Assembly (NCBI GenBank): GCA_951406725.2
Contig: OX597826.1
Span: forward strand, 17,732,001-17,796,000
From: Octopus vulgaris
Lineage: Eukaryota
Reading direction: 5' to 3'
DNA length: 64,000 bases
A program made the translations under genes and the position numbers. The first letter of the stretch is position 1; each line of letters opens with the position of its first letter. The notes beneath the pieces are model-generated. The model made no database searches, was not told the DNA's origin, and saw only the letters and a list, made by a program, of their open reading frames with translations. Shown here piece by piece: positions 1 through 12,500 of this stretch.

Positions 1-99
1 AAACCTTGCTATGTTTAAAGACAATTAAAACTGTTTAAAAGATAAAACTACAAGTGTACGCTGTGTACGCTTCACTGGATGGAAAAAATTGTCTGGAGT

Positions 100-650
100 C
101 ATCATCATCATCATCATCATTTAGCGTCCGTTTTCCATGCTAGCATGGGTTGGACGGTTCAACTGGGGTCTGGGAGCCCGAAGGCTGCACCAGGCCAGTC
201 AGATCTGGCAGTGTTTCTACAGCTGGATGCCCTTCCTAACGCCAACCACTCCGAGAGTGTAGTGGGTGATTTTATGTGCCACCGACACAGGTGCCAGACG
301 AGGCTGGCGAACGGCCACGCTCGGATGGTGTTTTTATGTGCCACCGACACAGGTGCCAGACGAGGCTGGCAGACGGCCACGCTCGGATGGTGTTTTTATG
401 TGCCACCGACACAGGTGGAGGCTGGCGGACGGCCACGCTTGGTGTTTTATGTGCCACCGACACAGGTGCCAGACGAGGCTGGCGGACGGCCACGCTCGGA
501 TGGTGTTTTTATGTGCCACCGACACAGGTGCCAGATGAGGCTGGCGGACGGCCACGATCGGATGGTGTTTGTTACGTCCCCAAAGCACGGAGGCCAGTCT
601 ATGCGGTACTGGCTACGGCCACGTTCGGATGATTTTCTTGTGTGCCACCG
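100..650 (-). mobile_element. Non-autonomous retroelement (SINE / LINE 3' end) with (ATG)n tail and internal ~61-bp minisatellite
   Basis: (ATC)n tract at ~100-121 followed by ttagcgtccgttttccatgctagcatgggttggacgg..., a 3' end repeated at ~11905, 13990, 17195, 18000, 32430, 37110, 41650, 50830 and 56300. Confidence 0.75.
271..570. repeat. GC-rich minisatellite, ~61-bp unit, ~5 copies
   Basis: Unit tttatgtgccaccgacacaggtgccagacgaggctggcggacggccacgctcggatggtgtt; explains the repetitive ORFs at 79-708. Confidence 0.92.
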
Positions 651-664
651 GCTATTATTAATAG

Positions 665-920
665 TAAAGAGTATGGAGAGTTGTACATCCACAAAATTTA
701 TTTTATAATCTTATACAGCATCTCATAATGGCCTACACTGAGTTCACTTCGAGGATGACCAAATGGATGGACCCTGATGAAGCTACACTGGCAGTAATGC
801 AAGGTGGCATTTGCCACAGTGAGTAGTAGCTTCAGCAGAAACACATGTGTAGGTCATTATAATGTGTGGCATAAGATTATTGAATAAATTTTGTGCATGT
901 ACAAGTTTCCATACTCTTTA
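665..920. mobile_element. Small fold-back element (~74-bp imperfect inverted arms) containing an HHR-like motif
   Basis: 665-738 taaagagtatgga...aatggcctacac is the imperfect reverse complement of 847-920 gtgtaggtcatt...tccatactcttta. Confidence 0.75.
770..855 (+). ncRNA. Type I hammerhead ribozyme-like motif
   Basis: Stem I gacc/ggtc; core CTGATGA (774-780); long stem II containing a gtggcatttgccac hairpin; GAAA (838-841); palindromic stem III acacatgtgt; GUA cleavage triplet. Confidence 0.7.
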
Positions 921-952
921 ATAATAATAATTATAATAATATATATATATTC

Positions 953-1302
953 TTTTATTCTTTTGTTTCAGTCATTTGACTGTGGCTATGCTGGAGCACC
1001 ACCTTTAGTTGAACAAATTGACCCCAGGACTTATTCTTTGTAAGCGTAGTGCTTATTTTATCAGTCTCTTTTGCCGAACTGTTAAGTTACGGAGATGTAA
1101 ACATACCAACATCGCTTGTCAAGCGATGGCGGGGGAACAGACACACAAACATTATATATATACACACACACACATACGACAGGCTTCTTCAAATTTCTGT
1201 CTACCAAAGCTATTGTAGAAGACACTTATCCAAGGTGCCATGCAATGGGACTGAACCCAGGACTGTGTGGTTGGTAAGGAAGCTACTTACCACACAGCAA
1301 CT

Positions 1303-1306
<4 letters not shown>
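953..1306 (-). mobile_element. tRNA-derived SINE (most abundant family in window)
   Basis: Head gctgtgtggtaagtagctt...gggttcagtcccattgcatggcaccttgg on the minus strand; similar copies at ~3695-3835, 5763-6168, 6955-7280, 7612-8013(+), 23295-23450, 32868-33282, 37515-37760 and 39640-40390(+). Confidence 0.85.
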
Positions 1307-1350
<44 letters not shown>

Positions 1351-1504
1351 TAGGTGCAAAGTAGTGTTTAGGTATGAGCAGAATTTAGTACCAGTAAAGA
1401 GATTTTTTCTCTGTGACAACTGCAGTGTATTTGCCTTTAGCAGCTGAAATATATGACAAACATATTTCAACTATCCTAAAGTCTGCATATATATATATAT
1501 ATAT

Positions 1505-1980
1505 ATTGGTAGACTTTTATCTTTCTTCATGTGAGTTCCTTAAAGACCTATGTGCTAGGAAAAAGATGGGTTTGCTTAAACAACTTGATGGATGCTGCAG
1601 ATATATAGATGATATATTTATACCTAATCATGGTTTCTTTGAATTTTTACTCAGAAAAATATACCCGAGTGAGCTTATAGCCACCAGAAATGGTAACAAT
1701 ATCAGAAATATTAATTATTTAGATGTCAATCTAGTAATTAAGGATAATAATGAAATATGTCCTGACATTTATAATCAAAACAGAAGATTTTGGTTTCTAA
1801 GTAGCTTCAATGTTCGGTAGTAAAATCCCTTCTTTTGTTGGTTATGATGTTTTTGAAGGGCAAATTGTTAGATATAGTACTATTATTAATAATTTTTTGA
1901 AAAGAATAAATAAGCTGTTAAGACATTTAGTAAAACAAGGGTATAAATATGGTAAATTGGCTCAAACTTTTAATTGCTGT
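1505..1980 (+). mobile_element. Decayed Penelope-like element reverse transcriptase fragment
   Basis: CCRYIDDIF...KIYPSEL...NYLDVNL, then a frameshift into KTEDFGF...SKIPSFVGYDVFEGQIVRY, matching the PLE RT YIDD / IYPxEL / YLD / KRDDF-like motifs. Confidence 0.7.
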
Positions 1981-1982
1981 TT

Positions 1983-2430
1983 ATAATAATAATAATAATA
2001 ATAATGAAATTATTGTATACAGTGCTCAGGTGCACCACAACTTGTCAGAAAGTGTGTATAAAGTATATACAGTAATGTACAAATGTCTGGAAAGTGAACA
2101 ATGTATGAGTCAGATACATGCTTGTGTGTGTATGGAGGGGAGAAAATCAGGTGTAGTGTTGGCGAATCTCAAAAAGCATGGAAGTCTTGAAGGATGCAGT
2201 GCTCCGACGACTAACAACTGATGCCGGCAGTTTGTTCCATGCTTCAGCAACTCTCAGCGTGAAAAAATGTTTCCTGAAGTCATGGGAGCTGTGCTGTTTT
2301 CTGACTTTGTAAATATGTCCACGGGTGTTAGACGGGTGGAGTTTGAAAAGGTGCTCAGAGTTATTGTTTGTAAGATGGTTAATAATTTTATGGGTGTCTG
2401 CCAAGTCAGCTGCCAGACGTTGGAGTTTAG
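1983..2430 (-). mobile_element. CR1/L2-group LINE 3' fragment
   Basis: EHLFKLHPSNTRGHIYKVRKQHSSHDFRKHFFTLRVAEAWNKLPASVV (TRGH..K..FF..RV..WNxLP C-terminal signature); (TTA)n tail at ~1983-2004. Confidence 0.85.
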
Positions 2431-2680
2431 GTGGGAAACTTGAAATTCTAAATAAATATGGAGTAATATCTAGTCTTCAGCTTAGCAAATATTTATAAGG
2501 ATTTGGAAGGTTTATGATTCGAGTTATTTGATTACTTTGTCACCAATATTGAAACAATTGAGCAAGTAGTAATTACACACTACGTCGTTAATATTTTGTT
2601 GGCCCTTTAAATTCTTGGTGATGGAACCATATGTCTGATTAAACATGTTATGTGTTAATACTTGTAGTTTTATCTTTTAA

Positions 2681-2902
2681 CCCTTTAGTGTTCACATTAT
2701 TCTGCCAAAATTAATGCTTCTTCATCCACATTGTTTTGAACTAATCATTCATTAATCTTGTAGCTATGAGATTTTGATGAGGTAGCTGTTAATTTTTAAG
2801 ACAATATTGTAGGGTTGGTGTGAGAGACCAGATCTGGCAAGTTTGAACATAAAACAGGCAGAAAACTTTTGGCCGAATATGGCCGGTTTAAATGTTAAAG
2901 GG
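2681..2902. mobile_element. piggyBac-type MITE
   Basis: TTAA|CCCTTTAG...TTAAAGGG|TTAA termini with TTAA duplication; related copies at ~40401-40620 (reverse) and ~59178-59400. Confidence 0.85.
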
Positions 2903-5900
2903 TTAAACAGTTTTAATTATCTTTAAACATAGCAAGGTTCATAATAATAGTTAATTATAAGTATTTTTATTAGTTTTTATTTAATGAAATTTAATGTTTA
3001 TATTAGTTACTGGTAATTTAGTATTATAGCTTGTAGTGGTGATATATTAACGAGTATGTAGTGTTTTATTTTAAACTTTTGAATGACAAAATGATGCATT
3101 TCACTCCTAAAAATATTAGCTTTCATTATAGTAGTATCTATGGAAGACTGGTGGGATTATTATTTGTATGGACAATTTAGCATATAATTTAGTTATTGCT
3201 GTTCACTATTAATACCGATACATTGTACGTTGGTTTATATGTTTCTTTGTTGTAATTTTATCAAAGTTACTGTTTAATCCTGCCTATATATTGATTGACT
3301 GAAATAATGTGGTTGTTAAGACTTTCTTTTACATTATACTACAGAAGAATGAAGGGATTATAATTTTTATATGACTTAATAGATTTGTCACTTTAGTGAT
3401 GTATTCAGGAGTGTTTGTAATTTACTTATTAAATTTATTTCTTGATAAGGTTGTACATAGGGTAAATGTGTGTGAAAGTTGCAGTTATTTTAGTGCTGTT
3501 GCACTTATTTTAGTGCTGTTGACACTGCCAGATTGAATGGTACTGACCAGGTGTTGAAACCATAATGATATCTGTGTGGCAGCTGATGATGGAGGGATGT
3601 TGGATTGTTGGTATGGCTGTTTTTGTATCTGTGGAATAATATTATAACACATCCTTTTGATATATATATATATATGTGTATATTTATGTTTATGATGGGT
3701 TTCTTTCAGTTTCCATCAACCAAATCCACTCACAAGGCTTTGGTCAGCCTGAGGGTATAGTAGAAGACACTTGCCCAAGGTGTCACACAATGTGGTTGAG
3801 AAGCAAGCTTCTTACCACACAACCATGCCTATACCTATAATGGTACCAGCTATATATTACTTATATATTTGTTTCTTTCTTTGAAGTGGAGATACATTGT
3901 TCCTAAGTATTTAAGGTTATACTAGAATGGAGGTATGGTTCGTTTAGTTAGTATTTTGAGTCTGAGGGTAAAATATTCCTTTTGGTCCATTCCCGTTGAA
4001 GACCTAAAGGTGCACAAGACACACAAAACAGTGAAGGAGATGAAATATATCTCCTCTGCTATTCTGTAGTTTACACCATAAAGTACTGCAAGTTATAAAA
4101 TTGAACAATGTGGTCCTAATTTTCAATTCGTATTTATTTACTTTTTTAGTGCACCTTGCTTCATCTCACAGTGCATCAATGTGAAAACCACATATGTCCT
4201 CATTATTCATATATTACAACAGATGTCATAATATCACAGTCCTGTGTTATAATCTTTTCCATCATCACTGCCTTATATTAGTCTATATCAACATCATCAA
4301 CCTTTATTTCTGGGGAGACATTGTTTATATGTGTTTTGTTTTCATGTTAGTCATGAATGTGTGGGTCTTAAGATAACAGTTATGTATAATATATGAATTA
4401 TTTAAGACCTGGGATGCCATTCTTAATAACCAGAACAATTTATTTATAAACTGCAACCAGATCCCTTTCCATATTCTCTGTTGTGTTCAAGTTCTCTTAC
4501 AACCTTGGAGTAAGCAAGGAAAATCCATTTCAATGTTATCCTCCTAGGGTTAACAGGATAGTCAAGGGTTTGCTCTTTAATTAATTATATAAAGAAATTT
4601 GAGAAGGGATTAGAAGGACAAAAGCAATTAGAAAAATATGCATTAGCATAGCCTCCAAATGATGCTTTGATCAATTCTAGAAAGTCTTTGATCATAGATC
4701 TGCTTGGTCTGAGTTAACCTGGGGCTAAACAATAATAACAAGAAATCAGAGAGATTATTGAGTGAGAAATCAAAGGCCAAGCTGACTGGAAGGAGACTTC
4801 GGAGAAGACCAAAAAGAAAATAGTTAGAAAATATCTATAGGCTCAGTTGTATATGTTAAGAAATCCAGCAGGAAAGTGTGGTGACAATTACTTTTGATAG
4901 GACCCTATGGAGGAGGAATCTGGGGACTCTACACTCACAACCTTACCGAGAATAGGTGGCAGAAAAACAGATGGATGGGTAGGTGGATGGAATCCCTGAA
5001 TATAACTGGTCTGGATTATAAGCATTATAAGTTACTGTAAATCTACAAACTTGTTTAAAACCAAAAATCTGCTTAAATATCCTTCGTTAGTTGAAGTTTG
5101 ATTATTTTAGTGCTGTTGTTGGTATGCATATATTTTCACTGCACTGAAAAATATTCTGCATATTTAGTCATACAGAAAGTTTTTCCATGCAATTCATATG
5201 ATACAACTTTTCATAGAAAATATAAAAGGAGTTTAAAAAATAAATTAATCAAAAGAATTTATTTCCTTCCTGGCAATTATATTATATAAATATGGCTGAT
5301 GTGCATTGTTTTTGTTATCCATGAAAATACTAAATGTAGCTTATTAAACAACAGCTGTGTTGAAAGGGTAATAAGCAATGCAATAGTTTTGTGCTACTCA
5401 CAAGTTATTACATAACAGCTGTGCTTCTATTGCACCCTTGTAAATTATCTTATTAGCAGAAGCAGTATAGAAATATTCTGTACACCTTCTGATCCTTTAT
5501 CCTTTCACTTTCTGAATTCATATTTTACCAATATTCTGCTTTACAATCTTGTGACCCATGTTTACTGTACATCAGTTGTGTTATTAATTTGTTAATTAAT
5601 AACAGTTTTCTTCTGTATCATTAGTCAGGGGAAGAGAAGTATTAGTCTGAAAAATAGAAGAGAGCTGTTACCAATAGTTTTTCTCAGATCTTCTACACTA
5701 AGATTTTAGAGTGGCAGTGAGTAGTTCATGAGGTGGTAAAAGAATAAAAGTTAAAGAATATCTATTCTTTTATTCTTTTACTTGTTTCAGTTCTTTGACT
5801 GTAACCATGCTGGAACATCACATTAAGGGGTTTTTTTAGTCAAAGAAATCAACCCCAGGACTTATTCTTTGTAAGTCTAGTACTTATTTTATCAGTTTCT

Positions 5901-6231
5901 TTTGCCAAACTGCTAAGTTACGGAGATGTAAACACACTGACATTGGTTGTCAAGCAATGGTAGTGGGACAAACACAGATACATTGATATATATGTGTGTG
6001 TGTGTGCAATGGGCTTCTTTCAGTTTCCATTTACCAAATCCACTCAAAGCTTTGTTCAGTCCGAGGCTATGGTAGAAGATACTTGCCCAAGGTGCCACAT
6101 GGGGGGACTGAACCCGGAACCATATGGTTGGGAAGCAGGTTTCTTACCACACAGCCATGCCTGTACCTATCACAGCCACACCTGCGCCTATCTGATAAAA
6201 TTTATACTAATATTTGTGGTGTTACTATATA

Positions 6232-6655
6232 GTTAAGGTAGCCAGCTGGAAAAAACATTAGCATGCCAGGCAAAATGCTTTGCCCCATTTCCACCAAGGT
6301 TGACTTTGCCTTTCATCCTCCCAGGGTCAATAAAAGAAGTACCAACTGAGCATTGAGGTTAATGTAACTGACTTACTCCCTCCTCCGAAATTGTTGCCCA
6401 GGTTCCAAAATTTGAAACCAATATTTGTGTTGCTGAGGTGACAAGCTGACATACTCGTTAGCATGTTAGGCAAAATGCTTGGTGGTATTTTGGCTGTCTT
6501 TATGTTCTGAGTTTAAATTCTACCAAGTTCAACTTAGTTTTACATTCTTCAGGGTCAATAAAATAATTACCAGTTGAGCACTAGGATTGATTTTATCAAC
6601 TTAGCTCCTACTCCAAAATTGTTGGCCTTGCACCAAAATTCGAAACCAATATCTA
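6232..6655 (+). mobile_element. Two head-to-tail copies of a ~200-bp SINE
   Basis: Repeated gttagcatg(c/t)(c/t)aggcaaaatgctt...gggtcaataaaa...ccaaaatt(t/c)gaaaccaatat; same family as 7709-7939 and 8690-9560. Confidence 0.75.
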
Positions 6656-7708
6656 GTTAGATACTATGTGCCTATGTGGATAAAATTTATTCTAATATTA
6701 CATTTGTGTTGAAAATCTAATCTGTAAAATCAATAAAACGAGTATAATGAATTTGCAACGGAGTGTGGAATACCCAACATATCAGAAAGAGTCTTTCTTC
6801 CAGGAAAGGCTGACAGGAGAAAAATTAATGAGACATTGAAGCTTTACATCCTGTAACTTCGATGTACTCTTTTTATTGGTTTTAATAAATAATACAAATA
6901 TTGCCAATGCAGACCAATACCAGTCTCTTAGGAATCTGTTTAATCAATTCTTCGTTTTATTTATTTCAGTCATTAGACGGTGGCTATGCTGGAGCACCAC
7001 TCTAAAGACTTTTTAATCAAATGAATTAACCTCAGTACTTAATATTTTTTTTTTCCTTTAAGCCTGGTACTTATTTTATTGGGCTTTTTGCCTGACTTCT
7101 AAGTTACAGAGATGTAAACGTACCAACACTGCTTGTCAAGTGGTGGTGGTGGGGGACAAACACTGGCACACACACACACCACACACACACACACATCATC
7201 TACCAAATCCTCTCACAAGGCTTTGATCAGCCTGGGACCATGCAGTTGGAAAGCAAGCTTCTTATCACACAGCCATGCCTATAGTTAGATATGTAATGTC
7301 TTTGTTGAATAAATTTATTCCTCTGCTTTATTATCTATGATACTAATAACTGTTAGGCAATATTTCTTATTGTTAACATATTATGATAAATTGGTTTTAT
7401 CTTATGTCACCGATTGTTAGTGTATAGTATTTCATTGATGTGCGATTTTTCTCTTAAGTGTTTCCAATGCCTGTTGCTACTTAATCTTTTGATATTGTTG
7501 ATGTTTAGCCTTACACCAATGGTTCTCAACCAATTTTTGCCTATAGTCCCCTTTCATTCCTATTTTATTTGGGTTGACCCTCGTAGCTATCCAATGTTTA
7601 AACAATCCTAGGCACAGGCATGGCTCTATGGTCCAAAGTTTGCTACCCAACCACATTTCCAGGTTCAATCCCATAGTGTGGCACCTTGGGCTAATGCCTT
7701 CTGCTATA

Positions 7709-7939
7709 CATTTCTTTACTCCCCACAAGGGGCTAAACATAGAGAGGACAAACAAGGATAGACAAACGGATCAAGTCGATTACATCAACCCCAGTGCGTA
7801 ACTGGTACTTATTTAGTCGACCCTGAAAGGATGAAAGGCAAAGTCGACCTCGACGGAATTTGAACTCAGAACGTAGCGGCAGACGAAATACGGCTAAGCA
7901 TTTCGCCCGGCGTGCTAACGTTTCTGCCAGCTCACTGCC
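7709..7939 (-). mobile_element. Young SINE insertion nested in another SINE, with 18-bp target-site duplication
   Basis: TSD ctaatgccttctgctata at 7691-7708 and 7940-7957; CpG-rich body. Confidence 0.88.
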
Positions 7940-8013
7940 CTAATGCCTTCTGCTATAGCCTCAGGTTGACCAAAGCCTTGTGAGTGGATTTGTTTGATGG
8001 AAATTAAAAGAAG

Positions 8014-8439
8014 CCTTGTTCGAAAATAAAAGGACACAGATCGGGTCATATAGCCAGATGATGTCTCCTGGGGCTAAATTACAGCAACATTCGTCCTAAA
8101 CTAGGACTGCCATGTTATGTTGGCAAACAATCTTTACTCCAAAGTACTGTTGCTGAATATCTCTCATTGTGAGATTTAAAAATAGTAATTTTCTAATTTA
8201 TAGATCAGGGACTAGTCACTTTGAAAACAATTATTCTGTGCTGATGAAGAGAAATAACCCAGAAATCGCGATACACAGATATTGTTTTGAGCTGGGTGGG
8301 GGTACTAGATTCCCTTGTTCGAAAATATAAGGACACAGATCGTGTCGTATAGCCAGCTGGAGACGATGTCTCCTTGGGCTAAATTACAGCAACATTCGTC
8401 CTAAACCAGGACTGCCATGTTATGTTGGCAAAAAATCTT
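8014..8439 (+). mobile_element. Retrozyme-like element: ~1.4 units of a ~299-bp repeat with a central HHR
   Basis: Direct repeats 8014-8134 and 8313-8439 (ccttgttcgaaaata...tgccatgttatgttggcaaa.aatctt) flank an HHR at 8235-8279. Confidence 0.75.
8235..8279 (+). ncRNA. Minimal type I hammerhead ribozyme motif
   Basis: TCTGTG-CTGATGA-AGAGAAATAACCCA-GAAA-TCGCGA-T-A-CACAGA: 6-bp stem I, intact core, palindromic stem III, AUA cleavage site; stem II weak. Confidence 0.78.
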
Positions 8440-8689
8440 AGGACTTACTTTAAAGGGTTTACTTGATCAAATCAACTCTGTAGTTATTCTGTCTCATTTT
8501 GCCAAACTGCTAAGTTACAGAGATGTAAAGAAATAACCAATGCAAGACAAACAAATGCACACACATTTACACATACATGTGCACATACACATAAATAACA
8601 GGTTTGGTTTTACAGATGGGAGAAAAATCCCTATACATGCATACTTACAAGTATATGTATAGATGTGTGTATTAATTATTAGTTATGAA

Positions 8690-9560
8690 ATTAGGGCAAT
8701 TAGCTGGTAGAACTGTTAGCATGCTGGGCAAAATACTTAGCAGCATTTCATTCGTCTTTATGTTCTGAGTTCAAATTCTGCTAAGGTCAACTTTGCCTTT
8801 CATCCTTTCAGATCAATAAAATAAATACTTGCTGAGTACAGTGAGTTGATGCAATTGACTTACTTCTCTTCCGGAATTTGCTGGCCTTGTGCCAAAATTT
8901 GAATCTATTATTAGCTATGAAACTTTATAAGTAACTTTAGGTATTTGAATCACTTTATGTAGCTTCCCACCTAATGATTAATATTAGGGGCAGTGTTAGT
9001 CAATTACATCAACCCCAAATGCTCAGCTGGTACTTATTTTATTGACTCCAAAAGGACAAGAGGCAAAATCAACTCAGTTGATTTGAACTCAAAGCATGAA
9101 GACAGACAAAATGCTGCTAAGTTTTTCACCCAGCATTCTATGGATTCTGCCAGTTTGCCACCTTCATCATGATAATAATATTCCTTTGTACCATGGGAAC
9201 AAGGCCTAAAGTTTTGAAGGAGGGGAGCTAGTTGATTCTATTGACCCCAGTACTCAACTGGTACCTATTTTATCAACCCCCAAAAGGATAAAAGGCAACG
9301 TCAACCTCAGCAGGATTTGAACTCAGAATGTAAAGCTAGATGAAATGTCACTATGCTTTTTGCTCAGTATGCTAATGATTCTGCCAGCTTGCCATCTTCA
9401 TGATGATGATAATATTAACAACAGTGACGATAATAATAATTTCTCACATAAACACAAAGCCAGAAATTTAGTGGAAGGGAAACAATCAATTATATTAATT
9501 CCATGACTTGACTGGTAATTTATTTTATCAACCCCAGAATGACGAGGTTAAATTTGACTA
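8690..9560. mobile_element. SINE cluster: one + copy followed by about three tandem minus-strand copies
   Basis: Repeated caacccc...ctggtacttattttat...gatttgaactca...ttctgccag units at ~8985, ~9225 and ~9480, inverted relative to 8690-8905. Confidence 0.75.
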
Positions 9561-12500
9561 GATTTTGAACTTGTTTTTTTTTTTTGTTATAGGGAACTCG
9601 TGTCCATATTACCGTCTATCTCCTTTTCTATGAGTGTAGAGTGTGATATGAGGGAAATTTAGCTGTTATTTCTAGCTAGGTAAATGACCACGTAAAGGGT
9701 CCATCTGTGTGTGTGTATGTAAGAGGGAAAGAATGAAACTGCATATATAAGAAAGAGAGAGAGAGAGAGAGAAGTATAGCAAAAAATGTAGTGTGTGAGT
9801 TGGTGCAGAATAATTAAGTTTGTTCAAAGTTGTTTAAATTGTTTAATGAATCTCTTTTCTTGTCAGTGTCACTGATTAGGTTTCACTCCAGTTCTTGTGT
9901 GAGTAGTGACGGTGGGGGTGGTGGTGGTGGTTGTGGTTTAGTTTTGCTTGGGCTGACTGGTCATCAAAAGCATTTAACCCATGACAACTTCAATTAGTTT
10001 TGGGGAATAGTGTATCTAGTGCTACATTATTCAACATGTTCTTCCATTTTTTTAAAGCTAGCAGAGTGTGATTTGAGAGAAGTTTGTTTGCTATTTCTAT
10101 CAAGTCAAATCTTGAAGCTTCCTCGTTGACTCTTGCATGTGGCATTTCTAATTTTGGGATGTGGTGGATCCTCCAGCCTTTGTACTTGGTTACCTTTCAC
10201 CTGATTCTCTGACATCTGCTTGTTATATTAAGTCTCCCATATACTGATTAATCACAACATCCCATCCTCTCTTATGCTTATCTTCTCATCTACCTCCTAT
10301 TTTAATTTCTTCTCTTTACTCTATATAGGTCACTTTCTTCTCTCACCTTTCTACATCTTTTCCTCTATTTTACTGCTCTGTGTTGTTGTTATTGTTGTTG
10401 GATGCAACAACTACATCCAAGAACAATGCCACATCTGAAGGAAGAGCACTGGAAGACTACTACACTGACTTTTCTGCTGGTGGCAACCCATGCACTAGAT
10501 TCCAGTGCAGTACTCCAAAGAAGACTTGGGTAAAACACATTGAGGAAGACCTGAAGTTACAGAGTCTCAACCTCAAGCATGCTAAGGCCAGCACCATGGA
10601 CTGGAAAGCATGGAATAACATCATCACTAGAGTCCATCATCCAGAAGCACTCACAGCAGTGTATTGGTTGAGAGTCAGCCTCCCCGTACAGTTGTCAGTT
10701 AGAGATTAAAGCAGATGACTACACCCAATCCTTCCTTGTAATCCTTATTCTTCATCACTTCACCCTCACAGGTTTAAATAGAAATGGTTTTGTGGCAAAC
10801 CATATTATCCCATTTCCTTTTTCTGATATCCATAAATAATTGTGAATTTATAAAAAGAAATTTAAATAATAAAACTTATATATTGTGTAGTTAGGGATAC
10901 TCAGGTAGAGCACATGACAAAATTCACTAATGCCTATTTAGTTACTTTGTGGTTGAAATACTACAGGTGTGGTCTTTTCTGTCAACCTTATAAGATCACT
11001 TCGACATTAGGTTCTATTCATGTGAATTTTTCATCTCACTGAACTTCATTGCTTTGCACCAAAGGTAGAAATTGTAAATGTTATATGAACATTTTTACTT
11101 TAGTGCTGACAATGAAGTGTTATGTCTAGAGACCACACCTTATTCTTTTCCTGAAAGTAACCATATATTACCACACATTCTCTTCTCATTGGCTCATACC
11201 TATTCTTGCAGAATATTAGTGTACTGGAATCATGTCTTAACATCCTCTACTAAACAGTGATACACAAATATTAAAGTACTGGTGACTTGCTAATGAGGAT
11301 TGTTTTCTAATCAATCATTAATAATGACACTAATTATAGCACACAATATTCTTTTGATTTTTCTTTAATTGGCTATTAGCAGGGTTTGAGTTTCTGTGTT
11401 AGAAGAGTGACAATCCCTTGGTTTTAAGAGTATGTTCCTGCGAAGAAGATAAATCATATTCTGTTTCAATCTATTCTCCATGAAATTAGCTGCTGAGGGC
11501 AACAACTGAATGAAAATATTTATTAGAATATATTTGAAATGATACAAGATGAGAGTTTGTGTGATTACAGTGACTTTGGGATAATGAGACATGTTTCCAA
11601 TGTAACCTTCCTGTCGTCCACCACAACTAGTTAGCACTACTGAAGATACATTGGTACTGAGCCAAAACTGGTCTAAGCAGCCTAATGGTAACAAGTTTAA
11701 TGCTCAGCGAAGTATAGTCTTCTTGTTGTCCACCACTGCTGAGTAGTATGGTAGTGGTACATTAATACTTGGCCACATTATGCTGGTGGCCTGATATTGA
11801 TGAATATGTATATTCAACCATGAATCTTTCTAAAAAGTAAACCAGTTTTAATAAGAATTACTGAGGCACAAGATGTCTTATTTATTTATATATATAACAT
11901 CCTCCTCATCATCATTTAACATTTGTCTTCTATGCTGGCATGGTTTGGATAGTTTGACCAGAGCTGGTAAGGCCAGGAGCCACACTAGGCTCTGTTGTCA
12001 GTTCTGGCATGGTTTCTATGACTGGATGCCCTTCCTAGTGCCAACCACTGCACAGAGTGTGGTGGGTGTTTTTTCATGTGGCACCAGCACCAGTATCAAT
12101 TCTGCTATGGCAGACAGGTTTTCTTGAGTACAGCCAGGTATCAGATATCTCAGTCCCCTGCCATCTCCTTTGTAAGGCTCAGTGTCTTGAGATAGGTCTT
12201 CAGTACATCATCCCATGTCTTCCTGGGTCTCCCTCTTCTGCAAGGTTCATCCCCTTTAGTGATCAGCACTTTTGTATGCAACTGTGTGCATGCGCGTGCA
12301 CACACACCTGACATTACTAATCAAAGGATAACTGAAGGAAAGATAGCAAATGATGTACACTAGGTGATGGGGAAACTAAAATGTTCTATTTAAGAATGAA
12401 GATTTACATTTGAATTTTATGGAGGTGTATCTGCCATACAAGTTAAATTTTAATATAGCCTTAATTGTATGATCTTGGAGGATTCAATGATAAATCTTTA

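Noticed and set aside
271-570. Regularly spaced repeats resembling a CRISPR array, and a 209-aa ORF
   Set aside because: The units repeat in full with no unique spacers, there are no cas genes and the context is eukaryotic; the ORFs are by-products of the minisatellite.
11365-11830. Non-repetitive-looking segment with a 109-aa minus-strand ORF and a weak internal repeat
   Set aside because: No recognisable domain or convincing splice signals; cannot be supported without a search.
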